Below are positions 18,664 through 28,492 of a stretch of DNA of 64,000 nucleotides, piece by piece. Below the pieces are notes generated by a model, which made no database searches, was not told the DNA's origin, and saw only the letters and a program-made list of their open reading frames with translations. The translations under genes and the position numbers were made by a program. The stretch lies in the NCBI GenBank assembly GCA_965238175.1, contig CBDEGZ010000003.1, positions 771,885 to 835,884 of the forward strand, read 5' to 3'. The DNA is from Gammaproteobacteria bacterium. GTDB lineage: Bacteria > Pseudomonadota > Gammaproteobacteria > CAJXQU01. Numbering within the stretch: the stretch's first letter is position 1; the number at the start of each line of letters is the position of its first letter.

Positions 18664-20853
18664 TCAATCTTCTTCTATTTTAAAGGTTTCAATCTCTTCA
18701 CCTTTAAAATATATATCCCAACATTTTTGATAAGCTTTTTCTAAATTTAATACAGTTAATTGCGAATTGAAAACAGGTTTGATCAGCATATTTCGTTGCA
18801 CCTTACGTCTCAAAATTTTTAAATATTCGGGGTGTGTTGCCAGGTAATGGGCTCTCTCACAATATTCTTCCCTTGTGCTGCATATCAAGGTAGGAAATTC
18901 TAACATTGACAATTTGCTTGCTGTCATTCGGCTTTCCATTGTTGAACCAAATATGCTCAACACCGGTAGCCCTGCTTTCAAGGCTTCGGTTGTTATCTCA
19001 TTAGCATCTGATTTGATTGTGTCCAGAAATAAATCTGCTAATTGAAAATGCGATAGTCTAAGTTCTCGATCATCAACATTTTGGGTAAACACCAATCGAT
19101 CTGGACTGATTTCGAATTTTTCGGCTTCGCGGCGAAGGTTTCGGCTAACATTTTGATCCCATTCGATCAGCCAAATAACACTGTTTTCTATTCGCTTTAG
19201 CAACTGCATCCAACATTCAAAAATGTCTGGCGTAATTAATTCAGGTTTTACGAAACAACAATAAACCACTCCTTTTTCTGGAAGTCCCATTTTTGATCGC
19301 TCTAAGCGTCTCACACTCACTCGGCGTTCAGTGACTGGTAACCAACGATCGACTAGATGTGTGTTCGGCAATCTAACCAATTTTTCAGTCCATAAGTGAT
19401 CCGAGCCCTCTGGTGAAATCAGGTTGTGGGTTATTCTATATTGTAAAAAATTACTACCACTACTGTAAGGTGCTCCACCAAAACCGATTTGAATAGGTGC
19501 ACACTGTTGCGCCAAGAGTTCGTAAGGATACTCCAGGCCTACGCCATCCAAATCGATAAGGATATGAATACAATCGTCGTGGATCTTCTGTGCAGCATCA
19601 GCCTCGGAACGCGGATAAAGTTCTGTGAATTGGTCACAATTCTTTTTGATCTGCTGGTTAAAAGGACTATTGTCTCCGGGAACCATCGAATAACAATAGA
19701 TCTCAAACTCAAAACGATTATGTAGTGCATAAATCTCTGCGGTATTAAGAAGATCTGAATCCTGATTGAAGGATTTAGCGAGATATCCGATCCTTAACCG
19801 CCCAGGTTTAGTTAAAAAGTGATAATCAAACTTTTTATTGCTATCACTAAATTCACTTGCAATATGCTTAGCTAATTCAAGACGTAGGAGTGGATCAATA
19901 TCCGCGTAACTTGCAGCTTTTAGTAGCATTGTGTTTGCATCGGATGCAGAAATTCTATCAACCTTCTTAAGGTAGCTTTGTAGTGATACTAAATATTCAG
20001 ATCGATTATGCCAATCACAAGCTTTTAAACGTTGATCGGCTAACGACAAATAGAGGTGCAGAGGATCAAACTGCATTTCACAAGGTAGACTTAGGTTTTG
20101 TTGTGCAAGTAGTTCACCTAATTTTTCTGCATCCAACAACTCCGCTTGGGCAAAGTACTGCTCAGCTTCGTTATATTGATTTAATCCTGCCATAGCCATG
20201 GCTGAAAGAATTAGTGCAAAAAAGTTTTCAGGTTGGGAAGTAAGTACATGTTTTGTTGTAACTATCGCTTCATCAAAACGACTCAGTGCGATTAACACTG
20301 AAGCCTGAAGCAGGTGCGACCTCTTTTCAGAGGACAATTTTACCATTCGAGTCGCATCTGCTAATGCTTCTTCAGAACGGCCTAGCCTCGTATATGTAAT
20401 CGATCTTTTTTCAAGAGCTTCTAACATTTCTGAGTTTTCTTCAAGGACACGATTCAACGCATCCAACGTTTCGCTATAAAAAGAACCCTGAAATAATAGA
20501 CTTGCATAGTTAAGCAATGTTTGGGAATTGTTTGGATCAATTTTCAGCGCTTGTTGGATAACATCCTGCGCTTCCTCTGTACGTCGTAAATCAACCAATG
20601 CATTTGATTTAGCATTATGTGCTGCGATATTGTTGGGATCAAAATGAATCGTACGCTCAAAGGCCAAAATAGCAGCCTCAGCCTGATTCAAACGGTACCG
20701 GCTAACTCCTAGTGAGAACCAGGCATCTGGGTTTTCTGGTGCTTGTGCGCAGCTTTGGGAAAATATTTTTTCTGCCTGAATAAATTTATCGGCATTCATC
20801 AGTTGTTTTCCTTTACGTAAATCTTCAGAAATGTCGATCATTAATAAGCTCAA
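18664..20853 (-). CDS. TPR-repeat protein with C-terminal O-GlcNAc transferase-like (GT41/SPINDLY-type) domain
   Basis: About 7 N-terminal TPRs. A C-terminal region typical of bacterial OGT-like proteins (GYLAKSF, IGFGGAPYSSGSNFLQYRITHNL). The track start is a TTG; the first ATG is 20841. Confidence 0.75.
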   Translation of the reverse strand: MSLLMIDISEDLRKGKQLMNADKFIQAEKIFSQSCAQAPENPDAWFSLGVSRYRLNQAEAAILAFERTIHFDPNNIAAHNAKSNALVDLRRTEEAQDVIQQALKIDPNNSQTLLNYASLLFQGSFYSETLDALNRVLEENSEMLEALEKRSITYTRLGRSEEALADATRMVKLSSEKRSHLLQASVLIALSRFDEAIVTTKHVLTSQPENFFALILSAMAMAGLNQYNEAEQYFAQAELLDAEKLGELLAQQNLSLPCEMQFDPLHLYLSLADQRLKACDWHNRSEYLVSLQSYLKKVDRISASDANTMLLKAASYADIDPLLRLELAKHIASEFSDSNKKFDYHFLTKPGRLRIGYLAKSFNQDSDLLNTAEIYALHNRFEFEIYCYSMVPGDNSPFNQQIKKNCDQFTELYPRSEADAAQKIHDDCIHILIDLDGVGLEYPYELLAQQCAPIQIGFGGAPYSSGSNFLQYRITHNLISPEGSDHLWTEKLVRLPNTHLVDRWLPVTERRVSVRRLERSKMGLPEKGVVYCCFVKPELITPDIFECWMQLLKRIENSVIWLIEWDQNVSRNLRREAEKFEISPDRLVFTQNVDDRELRLSHFQLADLFLDTIKSDANEITTEALKAGLPVLSIFGSTMESRMTASKLSMLEFPTLICSTREEYCERAHYLATHPEYLKILRRKVQRNMLIKPVFNSQLTVLNLEKAYQKCWDIYFKGEEIETFKIEED

Positions 20854-21064
20854 ATATTAATATTTTCAATTAGATACAAAATATACTTGCATTACTACAT
20901 TAAAAGTAGTTATTATGTTACCTAACAGCATTCTTACAGATCGATTTATCTGTCACCAGTTAACTATGGTTACGAGCACAAGGCACAAACGGAGGGAAAA
21001 TTGGAACTTTCCTTTAAGTAGTAAGGTCTTCTTGATACAGTTAATCTAAGAGAGGGGTAATTAC

Positions 21065-21211
21065 ATGTACGCACCAAAACCGGCAATCTGTGGAAATGGC
21101 CATGCAGCTATGCTTCGAATCTACGATGTTGATAAGCATTTAATGTTTAATGAGAAGAAATCAAAGCAGAAAATTTCTCGTAAGTCACGCAAGACAAAAT
21201 CCAGGATCTAA
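21065..21211 (+). CDS. putative 48-aa small basic protein
   Basis: ATG preceded by GAGAGGGG. Encodes MYAPKPAICGNGHAAMLRIYDVDKHLMFNEKKSKQKISRKSRKTKSRI and is followed by its own terminator hairpin. It may not be coding at all. Confidence 0.3.
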   Translation: MYAPKPAICGNGHAAMLRIYDVDKHLMFNEKKSKQKISRKSRKTKSRI

Positions 21212-21262
21212 CATCGATCAAAGTTTAATTTTCACTCTAACAGTTTCCTCCTTTTATATTTA

Positions 21263-21298
21263 GGATGCTTCAATCAAGAAGCGTCCTATCTCTTTTTA
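21263..21298 (+). terminator. rho-independent terminator downstream of the small ORF
   Basis: GGATGCTTC-aatcaa-GAAGCGTCC: a 9-bp stem with one G-U pair, followed by tatCTCTTTTTAT. Confidence 0.5.
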
Positions 21299-21382
21299 TC
21301 TATTCCTTCCGACAGATTTACAATCAAAAATTTGAAGGATAATGTCTCTCCTAAGATTATCCAGATTGAGTGAGTATTAAGA

Positions 21383-21688
21383 ATGCATAAAATAAAACAA
21401 TCATTCCTGATCAGTAGTTTATTTCTTTTCACACCATTTACATCAGCCGAAGAAACTAATCGGTCCACGGAAGCTCTCGTTTTTACCTGCTACACATGCC
21501 ATGGTACGGATGGAAAAAGCCCAGGAGATATCCCAACTCTAAATGGCTTAAGCTCTGAAATTATTACCGCAAACATGCTGTCTTTTCAAAAAGATGAAAA
21601 CGCATCAACGATTATGAACCGCATAGCAAAAGGTTATTCCAGAGACGAAATTACTCAGATTGCAAATTATCTGGCAACGATAAAATGA
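21383..21688 (+). CDS. fccA: flavocytochrome c sulfide dehydrogenase cytochrome c subunit FccA/SoxE-like (monohaem)
   Basis: A signal peptide and one CxxCH (CYTCH). It is translationally coupled (ATGA overlap) to the flavoprotein gene. Confidence 0.75.
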   Translation: MHKIKQSFLISSLFLFTPFTSAEETNRSTEALVFTCYTCHGTDGKSPGDIPTLNGLSSEIITANMLSFQKDENASTIMNRIAKGYSRDEITQIANYLATIK

Positions 21689-22998
21689 AAAAGAATATTA
21701 CTCAAATAAACAACACACATCGCAGGAATTTTCTTAAAGAAGTTAGTGCTGTCGGCACGCTATCAGCAGTCGGATTGCCGCTACTTTCCAGCTGTTCTAA
21801 CAGCGCGAAATCGATGGCCCATGTGGTCATTGTTGGTGCTGGATTTGGTGGTGCTACCTGTGCTAAATATCTACGTAAGCTTGATCAAAATATAAAAGTC
21901 ACTTTAATTGATGCTAATGCTCACTATAAAACATGTCCCTTCAGCAACACTGTACTTGCTGGAATTCACGCTATCGATGATCTAATATTTGGTTATGACA
22001 CATTACAAAATAATTATGACATTGAGTTTGTCAACGCTATCGTTACCTCAATCGACTATGAAAAAAGTTATGTTCAATTATCCGATGGATCAAAAATAAG
22101 TTATGACAAGTTAGTCGTCTCGCCAGGGATTGCCTTTACCTGGAATAGTCCAGAAGGCTACGACGAAGCTGCCACAGAAATTATGCCTCACGCATGGAAA
22201 GCAGGCACACAAACATTACTGCTAAGAAAACAACTCGAAGCGATGGATGATGGCGGAGTTGTTGCAATTGGGCCTCCTCCGAAACCATTCCGTTGTCCTC
22301 CTGGACCATATGAACGTGCCAGTATGATCGCAAGCTACCTAAAATCACATAAACCTAATTCTAAAATTTTGATCTTGGACGCAAACGAAAAGTTCTCAAA
22401 ACAAGGGCTTTTCATGCAAGGTTGGGAAGCTCTCTACCCAGGAATGATCGAATGGGTTTCAGTAACCGAAGGTGGATCGGTACAACGCGTAGATACAAAA
22501 ACGATGATGTTATATACCGATATAGAAGAACATAAAGTCGCGGTTGCAAATGTCATCCCGGCACAAACTGCAGGTAAGCTTGTGCTAGAAAATGGGTTAA
22601 CTGATGCGAGTGGTTGGTGCCCAGTTGATCAAAAAACATTTGAATCAACGTTGATCAACAATGTTCATGTCCTTGGAGATGCAGCACTTGCCGGTTCTAT
22701 GCCCAAATCTGCATCAGCGGCTAACAGCCAGGCTAAGATTTGTGCACTTGCGATTACGGCGATGCTTAATGGTAATGAGCCAAGAGAGCCTTCTTTCCAC
22801 AATACTTGCTATAGCCTGGTTGATGCAGATTATGGAATTTCGGTGAACGCGATTTACGGATTATCAGAAAACAAGATCACTAAGATAAAAGGTTCGGGTG
22901 GTGTAAGTCCAATGGAGGTTTCAGCTGAATTTAGAGTTAACGAAGCGAAATATGCCAGGGGTTGGTTTGATAGTATTACTTCGGATACCTTTGCTTAG
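21685..22998 (+). CDS. fccB: flavocytochrome c sulfide dehydrogenase flavoprotein subunit FccB/SoxF
   Basis: Tat motif RRNFLK and FAD Rossmann motif VVIVGAGFGGATCAKYL. About 430 aa with a redox-active Cys pair. Confidence 0.85.
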   Translation: MKKNITQINNTHRRNFLKEVSAVGTLSAVGLPLLSSCSNSAKSMAHVVIVGAGFGGATCAKYLRKLDQNIKVTLIDANAHYKTCPFSNTVLAGIHAIDDLIFGYDTLQNNYDIEFVNAIVTSIDYEKSYVQLSDGSKISYDKLVVSPGIAFTWNSPEGYDEAATEIMPHAWKAGTQTLLLRKQLEAMDDGGVVAIGPPPKPFRCPPGPYERASMIASYLKSHKPNSKILILDANEKFSKQGLFMQGWEALYPGMIEWVSVTEGGSVQRVDTKTMMLYTDIEEHKVAVANVIPAQTAGKLVLENGLTDASGWCPVDQKTFESTLINNVHVLGDAALAGSMPKSASAANSQAKICALAITAMLNGNEPREPSFHNTCYSLVDADYGISVNAIYGLSENKITKIKGSGGVSPMEVSAEFRVNEAKYARGWFDSITSDTFA

Positions 22999-23623
22999 TT
23001 AATCTGTCTTTTCTAAGACCTTATTCAGCAACCCTTTATGAAAAACTTAAGCTTCGTATGTTAGGCGAGAGGACGTCTATCGAAGTCGTAAAAAAACAGT
23101 CGTGAGTATGATGAGGCAAAAGGATAATTGAAAAACAGGTTTAAAATTAATATGTTCCTCGTTACAACATTTTTATTTTATGGTTTATTAAAAACAAAAT
23201 CTGAAAGGTTCCAGTCTTCAAGCATTCCTTTGAAATCATTACTGAATAGCCCTTTGCTATGTGCGTGTTGTGTAAATGTTCTACATCACCAGGGAAATTT
23301 AATTCCATAAGTTCAGGTTATCTAGCAAACTACCCAGAAGAGTTTTAGTTTTGGCCAAGCATTACACCATCAACACCCCAAATAACACTCGTTACCTAAC
23401 TCGATTCATCGTTGAGCAAGAAGTTTATCGCGTTGGCTACATCTTTGTGATGTGCCAATCCGTCCAATTGGGTGAAATTCATCAATTGTTCGGGATGAAC
23501 TTAAAAAGCTTACCGCCTTTGACTGACCTGCAGGATCAGTACTCCTAAATAAAGAATGCGGATGAACAGGTTTCTCGCAAATAGTTAGACGAGGTCGCAA
23601 CGCGCTATCACTAGTTTTAGAGG

Positions 23624-24799
23624 TCAAATATAGGTCGCAACATCGATTTTGTATTTTGATGGGGCAATTGTCTGCATTACCTTTTCTTGTTTTTTTTCTA
23701 ACAGGTTGAGTTCGTATTCAGAGACATAAGAGCGTTGTTTCGCATCAAAAATAATTTTAAGGATCGGTCTTAGTAGATTTTCACATTGTTCTGTTACTAA
23801 ACCAACCTTGCCTGATTCCAGTTCTACCAGTGAGCCGACGGGATAGATGCCCAGTATCTTTATGAATTTTCTCATCAGAGCTTCATCCAGTTGACCAGGG
23901 CACCAATTGAGCATGGTCTTTAGTGCGACGGTAGGTTCCCAAGCCTCTTTATAGACGCGTACGGACGTGAGTGCATCATAGATATCGACGATAGCGGACA
24001 TTTTACCAACCTCAGAGAGTTCCGAGTCTTTGAGTCCAAGCGGATAGCCTTTTCCATCGGGGCGTTCGTGGTGCATAGTAATGACATCTAACGCATTTTG
24101 CGGTAGGTCGTAGTCTTTAAGTAACTCGTTTTGCTCATCTATGGCGTGTTGACGCATGATAACAAACTCATCGTCAGTCAGTTTACCTGGTTTATTGAGA
24201 ATTTTATTCGGGGTGAGCGCCTTGCCGATATCATGCAGGAGACCTCCTAATGCAATTTGATCGATATCTTCTGGACTATAATCTAACCCTTTGGCAAAGG
24301 CAGCCACTAGTGCTGAGACGCTAACACTGTGTATATAAGTATATTCATCTTTGGTTTTCAGGCGTGTAACACCCAGCAATGTATGGGTATCTTTGGACAA
24401 CATGCGAGTGATGCTGGAAGCAACTTCGCGGGTGATTTCTAAGTCTATCTGTTTCCCCACTTTGGTTTCATTCATGAAGCCTACAACGACATTACTTGCA
24501 TTTTTAACTAGATTTTTAGCCTCCAATACCCTTTTTTCAAGGCTAGGCTCCGGGTCAGAAATAACGGTTTGTACTACTTGCTCAGATACTGGCATTTCAG
24601 CTTCTTGTTGTATTACATCTTTTCCTTTCTCCGTATCGATAGAGATGAGTTTAATTTTTGCGTCAACAATTTTCTTTAATTCATTTCCATTGTTTATTAG
24701 GAACTTATTCCTCATAAACGGGTGTTCTGTCCAGCTGCAATGTAATTTATGCACGAACATTCCTATACACAGCTGAGAGGAGTTGATTTCCTTGATCAC
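23624..24799 (-). CDS. HD-GYP domain c-di-GMP phosphodiesterase with N-terminal DUF3391 (GTG start)
   Basis: N-terminal LCIGMFVHKL..W.EHPF (DUF3391). HD motif LLHDIGK, and HHERPDGKGYP, i.e. HD-GYP. Confidence 0.88.
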   Translation of the reverse strand: MIKEINSSQLCIGMFVHKLHCSWTEHPFMRNKFLINNGNELKKIVDAKIKLISIDTEKGKDVIQQEAEMPVSEQVVQTVISDPEPSLEKRVLEAKNLVKNASNVVVGFMNETKVGKQIDLEITREVASSITRMLSKDTHTLLGVTRLKTKDEYTYIHSVSVSALVAAFAKGLDYSPEDIDQIALGGLLHDIGKALTPNKILNKPGKLTDDEFVIMRQHAIDEQNELLKDYDLPQNALDVITMHHERPDGKGYPLGLKDSELSEVGKMSAIVDIYDALTSVRVYKEAWEPTVALKTMLNWCPGQLDEALMRKFIKILGIYPVGSLVELESGKVGLVTEQCENLLRPILKIIFDAKQRSYVSEYELNLLEKKQEKVMQTIAPSKYKIDVATYI

Positions 24800-24996
24800 G
24801 TTCTTAATAATGTCCTACTGAAGGCTTATGCCTGTTTTATCGTCAGAAAGTCGTAAAAGCTTAACTGGTAAAGCAGGAGTTATAAAAAATAGGCCGTTTC
24901 TACATCAATGCCTGCCACTTAACTTATTAAAAAACGAGCTTTTTATTAATACGCGATAGTTAAGGTGATGTAGAGGTTGTAGGTTAACGGCAGAAA

Positions 24997-25446
24997 TCAC
25001 TCTTCTTTATTCTTCCAAAACTCACCTTCTATCGTTTTAGATTCTGTTTGGGTTTGTGTCTGTGTCTGAGTTCCACTTGTATGAATTACGGTGAATTTTT
25101 TGATTGATTTTTTGATCAGAAATTGACGTACCATTGGGATTAAGCAAAGGAAACCAATAATGTCGGTGAAGAATCCTGGTGTCAGTAGTAATGCACCTGT
25201 CACTAATAAAATTAAGCCTTCGAGCATTTCCATTGCAGGAACTTCGTTTTTGTTTAAACTATTTTGTGCGCGGGTGAAGGTCGACAAGCCTTGTTTTCTA
25301 AGGAGGTGTGCACCAAGAACTGCGGTTCCAAAAACCAGTAAGATGGTGTACCCCGCACCGATGACCGTGCCGACCTGAATCAAGAAATAGATCTCAAGTA
25401 CCGGGATGGTCAAGAAGGCAATAAATAAAACTGAAAAGAGCGACAT
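24997..25446 (-). CDS. fxsA: FxsA family inner-membrane protein
   Basis: Conserved N-terminus PVLEIYFLIQVGTVIGAGYTILLVFGTAVLGA. The C-terminus carries a (TQ)4 tail. Confidence 0.85.
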   Translation of the reverse strand: MSLFSVLFIAFLTIPVLEIYFLIQVGTVIGAGYTILLVFGTAVLGAHLLRKQGLSTFTRAQNSLNKNEVPAMEMLEGLILLVTGALLLTPGFFTDIIGFLCLIPMVRQFLIKKSIKKFTVIHTSGTQTQTQTQTESKTIEGEFWKNKEE

Positions 25447-25543
25447 ATTTTCACCGAATAAAATACATGATTTCTATATGGCGACACCATAGCCTTTTTC
25501 AAGCTGTTGAGGCAAACTGAGATCTTTGCTCAAAAGTTAGCTC

Positions 25544-25873
25544 ATGGCATTCATCGTTATTATGAATACTTGCCCAGATAAAAAAACGGCACAGAAAATT
25601 GCAAAGAATTTGATCGAAAATAAATTGGCCGCCTGCGTGAATATCCTGCCGAAGGGGTTATCGGTTTATCGTTGGCAGGGTAAGGTTGAATCTACGGAAG
25701 AAAATTTGTTGCTGATAAAAACCCATCAAGATCAATTCTCGCAAGTGGAAACGGTGATACAGAGCCTTCATCCCTATGAACTACCGGAGATTATTGCTGT
25801 CCCTGTTACGTCGGGATCTTCTGACTATCTCGGTTGGTTGAGCCAAAGTTTGGATCAAAATAGTGACAATTAA
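25544..25873 (+). CDS. cutA: divalent-cation tolerance protein CutA
   Basis: CutA1 fold signature (KLAACVNI...YRWQGK...YELPEI). Conserved pairing with dsbD. Confidence 0.9.
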   Translation: MAFIVIMNTCPDKKTAQKIAKNLIENKLAACVNILPKGLSVYRWQGKVESTEENLLLIKTHQDQFSQVETVIQSLHPYELPEIIAVPVTSGSSDYLGWLSQSLDQNSDN

Positions 25874-25875
25874 TT

Positions 25876-27765
25876 ATGGTTATAAAAAAAATGATGTTTG
25901 ATAGAGTTTCAAAGTTAGGGATCTGGTTTTTTATCATGCTGAGCTCAGCATCAGTTTCTGCTGGGTTGTTTTCGGATGATTTGGGTTTTGGTGGAAAACA
26001 GAAAAAATTCTTACCACCGGAAGAGGCTTTCGTGGTTTCGGTCAGAGCCGATGAATCAACATCAAATACAGCCATTGTTAATTTTGACGTGCAGGAAGGT
26101 TATTACCTCTATAAAGACAAATTTTCATTTACCACTTCGGATACAGGGGTTTCAGTAGACACAGTTGATCTACCTAAAGGTAAGGTTAAAGAAGACCCAT
26201 TATTTGGAAAAGTAGAAGTTTATTATGGCCCGACTGCTATTCCTGTTCGTTTGACCCGCGAGAGTTCTGCGGCTCAAGAGATCAATATTAAAGCAGCTTA
26301 TCAAGGTTGTGCAGAAGACGGAATTTGTTACCCGCCACTAAATAAAACATTCGCTGTTTCACTGGCGGCTACGAATGTTGATGCAAATAAAAGTACAGAA
26401 AATTCTGATCAGCTTGAACAGAAACAAGCAACCGCACCATCTGAAAATGATCCTGAATTATCCGAATCGGATAGCATTGCATCTTTACTTGCAGACAAGC
26501 CTTTATTGATCAGCCTTGCGTTATTTTTTGGTTTTGGATTGGCCCTTTCATTAACGCCATGTGTTTATCCTATGATCCCAATTCTGTCCGGGATTTTAGT
26601 CGGTCAAGGTGACAGCATAACCACCAGAAAATCTTTTATGTTGGCTTTGAGTTACGTGCTCGGAATGGCCCTGACTTATGCGGTTGTTGGGGTTGTTGCT
26701 GGCGTTTTTGGACACAACATACAAGCAATTTTTCAAAACCCATGGATACTCGCAACCTTTGCTGGTGTATTCGTACTGTTAGCACTTTCTATGTTTGGAT
26801 TTTACGAGCTGCAACTTCCTTCAGCATTGCAAACACGACTTACAAAAATGAGCGATAGTCAGGAGCGCGGCACATTAACGGGTGCTGGTTTGATGGGCAT
26901 TTTTTCTGCCATTATAGTTGGGCCTTGTGTTGCACCACCTTTGGCTGGGGCTCTAATTTATATCGGACAATCCGGGAATGGTTTTCTCGGTGGAATGGCT
27001 TTATTTGTGATGGGCTTAGGCATGGGGGTTCCTCTTCTTTTACTGGGTGCTTCTGCTGGAAAATTATTGCCAAAAGCGGGCGGTTGGATGAATGCGGTCA
27101 AACACGTTTTTGGTGTATTAATGCTGGCCGTAGCAATATGGTTGTTAGAGAGAATTTTGCCGGCACAAGTAATACTTGCTCTTTGGGGGCTGTTATTGAT
27201 CAGTTCGGCCGTTTATATGGGCGCGTTAGATACATTAACCGGCGTTGTTTCAGGCTGGAGACGGTTATGGAAATCACTTGGTATCGTCATGTTGATCTAT
27301 GGTGCACTTTTGATCATCGGTGCGGCTAGCGGTGCGAATGATGTTTTCCAACCACTGAAAGGCATGGCAGGATCCAAGAGTGTTGGGCAAAAACAGGACA
27401 AGCTGGAATTCATTACTATTAAAGGTATGAAAGGGTTGAAAGCCGCTTTCTCCACCGCGCATGCACAAAATAAACCGGTGATGCTCGATTTCTACGCGGA
27501 TTGGTGTATTGAATGTAAACGGATGGAGAAAAACACGTTTACCGACAAGCGTGTTCAGCAGCAACTTGAGAACGTTATGTTGTTAAAAGCAGATGTCACA
27601 CCCAATGACGATGAAGATCAAAATTTGTTAAAGTCGATGGGCTTAATTGGACCACCTGCGATATTATTTTTTACGCCTGATGGAACTGAAAAAAGAAAAT
27701 TTAGAATTACGGGTTATGCCGATCCAACAGCTTTCAATAATCATATACAAAGAGTTTTTAACTAG
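25876..27765 (+). CDS. dsbD: thiol:disulfide interchange protein DsbD
   Basis: N-terminal periplasmic domain with a Cys pair, central transmembrane region with a Cys pair, and C-terminal thioredoxin WCIECK. Confidence 0.92.
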   Translation: MVIKKMMFDRVSKLGIWFFIMLSSASVSAGLFSDDLGFGGKQKKFLPPEEAFVVSVRADESTSNTAIVNFDVQEGYYLYKDKFSFTTSDTGVSVDTVDLPKGKVKEDPLFGKVEVYYGPTAIPVRLTRESSAAQEINIKAAYQGCAEDGICYPPLNKTFAVSLAATNVDANKSTENSDQLEQKQATAPSENDPELSESDSIASLLADKPLLISLALFFGFGLALSLTPCVYPMIPILSGILVGQGDSITTRKSFMLALSYVLGMALTYAVVGVVAGVFGHNIQAIFQNPWILATFAGVFVLLALSMFGFYELQLPSALQTRLTKMSDSQERGTLTGAGLMGIFSAIIVGPCVAPPLAGALIYIGQSGNGFLGGMALFVMGLGMGVPLLLLGASAGKLLPKAGGWMNAVKHVFGVLMLAVAIWLLERILPAQVILALWGLLLISSAVYMGALDTLTGVVSGWRRLWKSLGIVMLIYGALLIIGAASGANDVFQPLKGMAGSKSVGQKQDKLEFITIKGMKGLKAAFSTAHAQNKPVMLDFYADWCIECKRMEKNTFTDKRVQQQLENVMLLKADVTPNDDEDQNLLKSMGLIGPPAILFFTPDGTEKRKFRITGYADPTAFNNHIQRVFN

Positions 27766-27801
27766 AAGCCCAAAAGGAAAACCGAAAGGAAAACAATAAT
27801 A

Positions 27802-28368
27802 ATGAAAAAAATCCCATTACCCATACTTCTATTTGGTTTAATGTTTCTTGCCGGTTATGCTGGATTTTTTGTTTTCCAAAATATGCACGATCCACAATCA
27901 CAGCAACATGGATCTGGAGCAATGGTCGGCAGTGATATGTTGATGATCGGTTTGCCGCGGCCAGATTTTGAACTGAACGATATAGATGGCAATCCACGCA
28001 AGTTGTCAGAATGGGACGGTAAAATTATCATTTTAAATTTCTGGGCAACCTGGTGCCCGCCGTGTAAGAAAGAATTACCCGCGTTTGTTGAATTACAAAC
28101 ACAATATGCCGATCAGGGAATTCAATTTGTTGGGATAGCGGTAGATCTGCCAGATAATGTTCGATCATTTATGGAAGAAATCCCACTTAATTTCCCAAAT
28201 CTGATCAGCGAAACCGAAGCTATGAAAATTGCTGGTCTTTATGGAAATTCACGAGGTGCATTGCCCTATACTGTCTTTATCAATAAGTCTGGCAAAATTT
28301 CTTACACGCATACTGGCGAATTAGAAAAAGCAGAGGCTGAAAAGGTACTTACTTCCCTGTTAAATTGA
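27802..28368 (+). CDS. TlpA-family periplasmic thiol-disulfide oxidoreductase (thioredoxin fold)
   Basis: A transmembrane anchor or signal, and WATWCPPCKKE. Confidence 0.8.
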   Translation: MKKIPLPILLFGLMFLAGYAGFFVFQNMHDPQSQQHGSGAMVGSDMLMIGLPRPDFELNDIDGNPRKLSEWDGKIIILNFWATWCPPCKKELPAFVELQTQYADQGIQFVGIAVDLPDNVRSFMEEIPLNFPNLISETEAMKIAGLYGNSRGALPYTVFINKSGKISYTHTGELEKAEAEKVLTSLLN

Positions 28369-28492
28369 GCTGTAACTGCAAATTATTATCAATTCTAATG
28401 TGAGCTTTTACGAACTACAGTGAACTTCAGGTTTGTTGTTAAATACATTGATGTTTAACACTTCATAAAGAAATACGTGCTAACATTATTTA

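Noticed and set aside
23128-23548. Two 60-65-aa ORFs in the fccB / HD-GYP gap, as possible transposase or integrase remnants
   Set aside because: I found no DDE, helix-turn-helix or tyrosine-recombinase motifs and no terminal inverted repeats flanking them. They are kept only as an unexplained non-coding region in the findings.
25040-25075. Hexanucleotide repeat (GTYTGK)n encoding a TQTQTQTQ tail of FxsA, a possible phase-variable simple-sequence repeat
   Set aside because: There are only about four imperfect units and the repeat is in-frame. This is too short and too degenerate for slipped-strand switching, and more likely a low-complexity tail.
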